DNA of 64,000 nucleotides, taken from an uncultured delta proteobacterium (GTDB taxonomy: Bacteria > Myxococcota_A > Polyangia > Fen-1088). The stretch is taken from NCBI GenBank assembly GCA_963796685.1, contig CAWCMR010000005.1, positions 192,001 through 256,000 on the forward strand, written 5' to 3'. Made by a program: the position numbers and the translations under genes. Positions within the stretch are counted from its first letter, which is position 1. Each line of letters starts with the position of its first letter. Of the stretch, positions 59,947 to 64,000 are shown one piece after another. The notes below the pieces were generated by a model that was not told the DNA's origin, did not search any database, and saw nothing but the letters and a program-made list of their open reading frames with translations.

Positions 59947-62900
59947 CTATTGGGTCAATTCTTCGGCGTCGGCAATCCCCAATTCCAGTGCCAGCTTGAC
60001 AATGCGGTAATGCTCTGGAATGCGAGTTAAGAAAGAGCGGCGCCAATCCTCATTGTCAATAGTATTGGCTCGTTTTCGAAGCCATTCCACAGCCTTCTGC
60101 AATTTCTCCTTTGCCGGCTGCAGTTCCGACGAGGACACAAGGCATTCCACTATGGCAAGTCTGATGGTTGCCTCGCCGTCCGGAACGTTTCCGAGAATAT
60201 GAAGCTGCGAATCGGCTTCGCGCGCTAGCGGATAGGCCTCCGTGGTCAAGCCTTGTCCGAGCAGCGCCCGAGCAAGCAGAGCAAGGGCAAAAGGCCGAAG
60301 AGACAGATCGGAATCGAGGATCTCCAGGGCCGTCCGTGCGTGCTGTGCGGCGCGCGAATAGTTGCCTGCCAAGTACTCAATTACGGACAAGTAGAGTTGT
60401 GCGTATCGTCGGAAGTACTGGTCATTTGTCTCAGTGGTCAATTTTACTGCGTTCTCTCCGAAAGCGCGCGCATCGTCCAGACAACCACGATATGCGAGTG
60501 CGTTCGAAAGAATGTAGAGCGTTCCCCCTATGAGGTGGACCAGCCCCATCCTTTCCGCAATGCCCCACAGTTTCCTTATCTGCACTTCCGCCTCTTCCAG
60601 TCGGCCAAGCTCCATTAGTGTACCGCCGCTATTTCCCAGAGCCTCTGTGCTTGCCCGATGATGGCCAGCTTGGTCGAAGCACTCCCATGCGCGTCGAAAT
60701 CGAGCAACCGATTCTGCCGGTTTGCCATCGGCCCTTGCTATGTGAGCCCTCAGGCTTTCGGCCCGACCGATGAGAATCGGATCCAGCTTTCCCTGTTCCG
60801 CTTCAAGCAATGAAAGAGTGCGTTCTCTTGCTGCATGTTGACCAACGCTTGCAAGATATGCTGCGAGGTTTACCCTGCAATCGAGCCAAGCGTTCAGCAA
60901 CTCAGGCTCCATCGGTCTAGTCTCGATATCTAACGCAAGTTGATCGAACTCCTCGTACTTCGCTTGCGGCCCCAATCCCATAATGAGCGCGCTCGTTGCG
61001 CGCAGTGCAAGCTTCGCATCCTCGCACTTCCTCCCCTCCCTCGCAGCGCGCTCCGCCTCCACGTATTCCCCTTTCCAATAGCGCGCCTCCGACTCCACGA
61101 TCCGCAGCTCCGCCAGATCGTCGCCCTGCGCCCCCAGGCGCACGCCGCGCTCCACGCGGTCGAGGGCCGCCTTCAGGTCGTCCACCTCCATGGCTTGGTT
61201 GGCGGCCACGCGCAGCCAGGGCACGGCGCGCTCGGGCTTCTGGCCTTTCTCGAAGTGGTCGGCCAGCACGATGGCGTCGCGCTCGCCCTGCTCTTCCAGG
61301 AAATCGCCGGCCAGGTAGTGCCCGTTCACTTCCTCTTTGGGCGACAGCATGGCATAGGCGGCCTGGTGCAAGAGGGCGTGGCGAAAGACGTGCTGGCGGG
61401 TCGCGCCGACCGGGCGCGAGAACAGGATTTCCTTGCTCACCAGGATCTCGAGCCAGCGATCGACATCCTCGTCGGCCAGGTCGTCGACCAGGGCCTTGAC
61501 CCCGGCGGCGCTGAAGCTTTGGCCGAAGACGCTCGCCGCGCGCAGCACCAGCTTCGACCCCTCGCCCACGGCATCGAAACGGACCTGCACGGTGCCGAGC
61601 ACGGTGTCCGGGATCTGCGACAGCTCGCCGCCCGCGGCCGCCGCGCGCACCAGTTCTTCGAGGTAGAAGGGGTTGCCCTGGGCGTGGTCGAGCAGCCAAT
61701 CCATCTTCTCGGGTGCCACGTCGCCCAGCACGCGCCGCACGAGCTCCTGCTCGGCCCGCTTGCCGAGAGGCGGCAGGGAGATGCGCTGCACGTGCCGATC
61801 GCGCCACAGACCGTAGAAGCGCTCGTCGACCTCGGACCGCGCCAGGGCCAGCACCATCAGGGGCTTGTCGCGCAACACGCGCAGGGCCGAATCGATGTAG
61901 TTCACGCTGGCGAAGTCGCCCCAGTGCAAATCCTCGAGCAGCAGGAACACGGGGTGGTGCCCGGCCTCGGCTTCCAGCCAGTCGACCCAGGCCGCCATGG
62001 TCTGGTCCGCCATCAGACGCGCGTCCCGCCGCGCGGCCTGCAACTGCGGCAGCTCGTCGTCGGGAAAGTGGATGTTGGTGATCTCGCCCAGGAAGGCCGC
62101 CGTGGTGGCGGCGCTCTTGGCCGGCAAGAAGCGGGAGGTGTGCGCTTGTAGGCGTTTGCGCTGAACCTCGTCGGGCTCGGTGCCGGTGATGCCCGCGGCG
62201 CCGCGCAGGGCCTGGCCCACCAGCCCCAGCGAGACGTTGATCCGCATGGGATCGCCGCGCCCGATGAGCAGCTCGAAGCCGTGGCCGCTGTCGCGCTTGC
62301 GTTCGAGGAACTCGTAGACCACGCGCGACTTGCCGCAGCCCGCGGAGCCGCTGAGCACCACGGCCTGGGCCTGGGGCTCTTCCACGCAAGCCTCGAACAG
62401 GCTGTCCAGCTCCCTGATTTCGCGGTCGCGCCCGATGCACGGGATCTCTTTTCCTAAGACGGTGCGCGGGGCCTCGCGCAGCCCCTTCTCGAACAGCAGG
62501 CGCGCCCGGCCATCCGGCTCGACCACGATCTCGAATCGGGCGTCGAGCAGGCGTTTCATCTCCTCGCTGATGTGAATCGAGCCGAGGTGCTGCTTGCTCA
62601 CCAGGTGCACGGCGCTGTCGACCAGATGCTCGGTGCGCAGCTCGTCTTCCTTGATGGCGTGGCCCAGGCTGATGCCCAGCGACGAATCCGGTCGCGCGAC
62701 CTTGACCTTGAGCGCGCAGCGCGCGGAGCGCACCGCCAGATCGAGCGGCGTGGACTGCGCCTCGCCGGTCATGCTGACCACCAACCCGCCGTTGGCCAGG
62801 CGGCGAATGTGCGCGCCGAAGGCGGCGATGTCGGCGGCCAGGCGATCCAGCCGTGCCTCGTCGAATTCGGCGTCCGAGAGACGGCGCGCGAGCAGGTTTC

Positions 62901-63918
62901 CGAGGTCCGCCGTCGAGCCCAGGTCGAGGTGAGGCTGCTGGGTCCCCATCGTGCGCGACGACACCACGATGACCGCAACCAGCCGACGCTCGCCCGTGGC
63001 CACCAGCAACGAGGCACCCGCGGGCGCGCGGCGCTCCTTGGGGGCCAGGGGAAAGAACCCCGTGGTCTTCAGCTCCACGGTGACGTTGCCGAGCTCGCCC
63101 AGGACGTCGAGCATGGTCGAGGGGCGATCGCCGGGCCGCTTGGCCAGCATGCGGCGAAGCAGGTCGGTCAGACGCGGCGGCACGCCCACGCACCTCGCCT
63201 CTACATCCACGGTCTCGTCGGCGGTGATTCTGGCCAGGGTCCCGGTGGTGCTATCGGCCATGAACGGCGGGGTGCCGGTCAGGCACTCGAAGAAGACGCA
63301 GCCGAGAGAGAACACGTCGGCGCGCGCGTCGACATCCAGCGATCCCTGGGCCTGCTCGGGCGACATGTACATGGGCGTCCCCAGGGCCGAGCCCGCCTGG
63401 GTCAGGCGCAGCGAGGCCGGGTCGAACAGGCGACGCGCGATGCCGAAATCGAGCAGCTTGATCTTGGAAACGTCCTTGGCGGGCAGGAAGATGTTGGCGG
63501 GCTTGATGTCGCGATGGATGACCCCGTGCTGGTGGGCCACGGCCAGGGCCTCCGCGACCCGGCGGATCATACGCACCGTGGCGCCCAGGTTGATGGAACC
63601 GCGGGCCAGCCGATCCTCGAGGGTCTCGCCGTCGAGCCACTCCATGACCAGGTAGTGCTCGCCGTGGTTGGTCTTGCCGTGCGCGATATAGCGCACGATG
63701 GCCGGATGGGCGATGGCCGCCAGGCAGTTCGCCTCTTGCTGAAACCGCTCGCCAAGCTGGGACCCGAACCCGGACGAGATCTTCACCGCCACGGTTTCGC
63801 CGCTGGACAGATCGACCCCACGGTAGACCATGCCCATGCCGCCGGCGACACGATCCCCTTGCAGGCGAAACCGACCGTCGATCTCTCGGGGTATGTCGTC
63901 CGATGGCAGCACGGTCAT
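59947..63918 (-). CDS. Ser/Thr kinase - AAA ATPase - TPR protein (intact paralog)
   Basis: GGMGMVY, VAVK, HRDIKPAN, DFG, GTPMYMSPE; GSAGCGKS; LLEDLHWGD; GNPFYLEE; TPR-like C-terminus. Confidence 0.92.
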   Translation of the reverse strand: MTVLPSDDIPREIDGRFRLQGDRVAGGMGMVYRGVDLSSGETVAVKISSGFGSQLGERFQQEANCLAAIAHPAIVRYIAHGKTNHGEHYLVMEWLDGETLEDRLARGSINLGATVRMIRRVAEALAVAHQHGVIHRDIKPANIFLPAKDVSKIKLLDFGIARRLFDPASLRLTQAGSALGTPMYMSPEQAQGSLDVDARADVFSLGCVFFECLTGTPPFMADSTTGTLARITADETVDVEARCVGVPPRLTDLLRRMLAKRPGDRPSTMLDVLGELGNVTVELKTTGFFPLAPKERRAPAGASLLVATGERRLVAVIVVSSRTMGTQQPHLDLGSTADLGNLLARRLSDAEFDEARLDRLAADIAAFGAHIRRLANGGLVVSMTGEAQSTPLDLAVRSARCALKVKVARPDSSLGISLGHAIKEDELRTEHLVDSAVHLVSKQHLGSIHISEEMKRLLDARFEIVVEPDGRARLLFEKGLREAPRTVLGKEIPCIGRDREIRELDSLFEACVEEPQAQAVVLSGSAGCGKSRVVYEFLERKRDSGHGFELLIGRGDPMRINVSLGLVGQALRGAAGITGTEPDEVQRKRLQAHTSRFLPAKSAATTAAFLGEITNIHFPDDELPQLQAARRDARLMADQTMAAWVDWLEAEAGHHPVFLLLEDLHWGDFASVNYIDSALRVLRDKPLMVLALARSEVDERFYGLWRDRHVQRISLPPLGKRAEQELVRRVLGDVAPEKMDWLLDHAQGNPFYLEELVRAAAAGGELSQIPDTVLGTVQVRFDAVGEGSKLVLRAASVFGQSFSAAGVKALVDDLADEDVDRWLEILVSKEILFSRPVGATRQHVFRHALLHQAAYAMLSPKEEVNGHYLAGDFLEEQGERDAIVLADHFEKGQKPERAVPWLRVAANQAMEVDDLKAALDRVERGVRLGAQGDDLAELRIVESEARYWKGEYVEAERAAREGRKCEDAKLALRATSALIMGLGPQAKYEEFDQLALDIETRPMEPELLNAWLDCRVNLAAYLASVGQHAARERTLSLLEAEQGKLDPILIGRAESLRAHIARADGKPAESVARFRRAWECFDQAGHHRASTEALGNSGGTLMELGRLEEAEVQIRKLWGIAERMGLVHLIGGTLYILSNALAYRGCLDDARAFGENAVKLTTETNDQYFRRYAQLYLSVIEYLAGNYSRAAQHARTALEILDSDLSLRPFALALLARALLGQGLTTEAYPLAREADSQLHILGNVPDGEATIRLAIVECLVSSSELQPAKEKLQKAVEWLRKRANTIDNEDWRRSFLTRIPEHYRIVKLALELGIADAEELTQ

Positions 63919-64000
63919 CTCGGGGTCAGTCTAGAAACGAGTCCATCCAGGGGAGTTTATCCCCGATGTCGCTTTCTGCGAACATCCTGGCTCGTCGCAG

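Overview
GC-rich bacterial DNA; the gene content (Ser/Thr kinase-ATPase-TPR proteins, an FHA-sigma54 activator, a Cys-rich lipoprotein) suggests Myxococcota, but this is inference. The first ~15 kb is mostly housekeeping: a clan-CD protease-PDZ gene, rlhA/U32, an SLT-M23 enzyme, cysK, an aminotransferase, otsAB and a hybrid kinase. From 15 to 59 kb it is accessory DNA ending at a tRNA-Arg(CCG) with a truncated P4-like integrase. The main finding is a 3015-aa lipoprotein-anchored RHS/YD toxin gene followed by a tandem stack of ~8.8-kb elements, two complete and one truncated. Each element carries a Xer-like recombinase, a CHC2/Toprim primase-ATPase, an XRE repressor and TA cargo. The elements are bounded by a core CCCCCCTGCTGT(GTT), which encodes (T)QQGG in frame inside the rhs gene and at the start of three displaced orphan toxin tips. 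This suggests self-replicating integrative elements that swap the RHS toxin tip by site-specific recombination. Other notable features: element-specific iteron-like repeats that co-vary with the primase wHTH; a perfect sigma54 promoter for rhs with a candidate enhancer; an unannotated 22-aa peptide gene facing a kinase-TPR gene; and three REP/MITE-like repeat families, one around a RAYT, one around a four-helix-bundle gene and one inserted in frame into rlhA.
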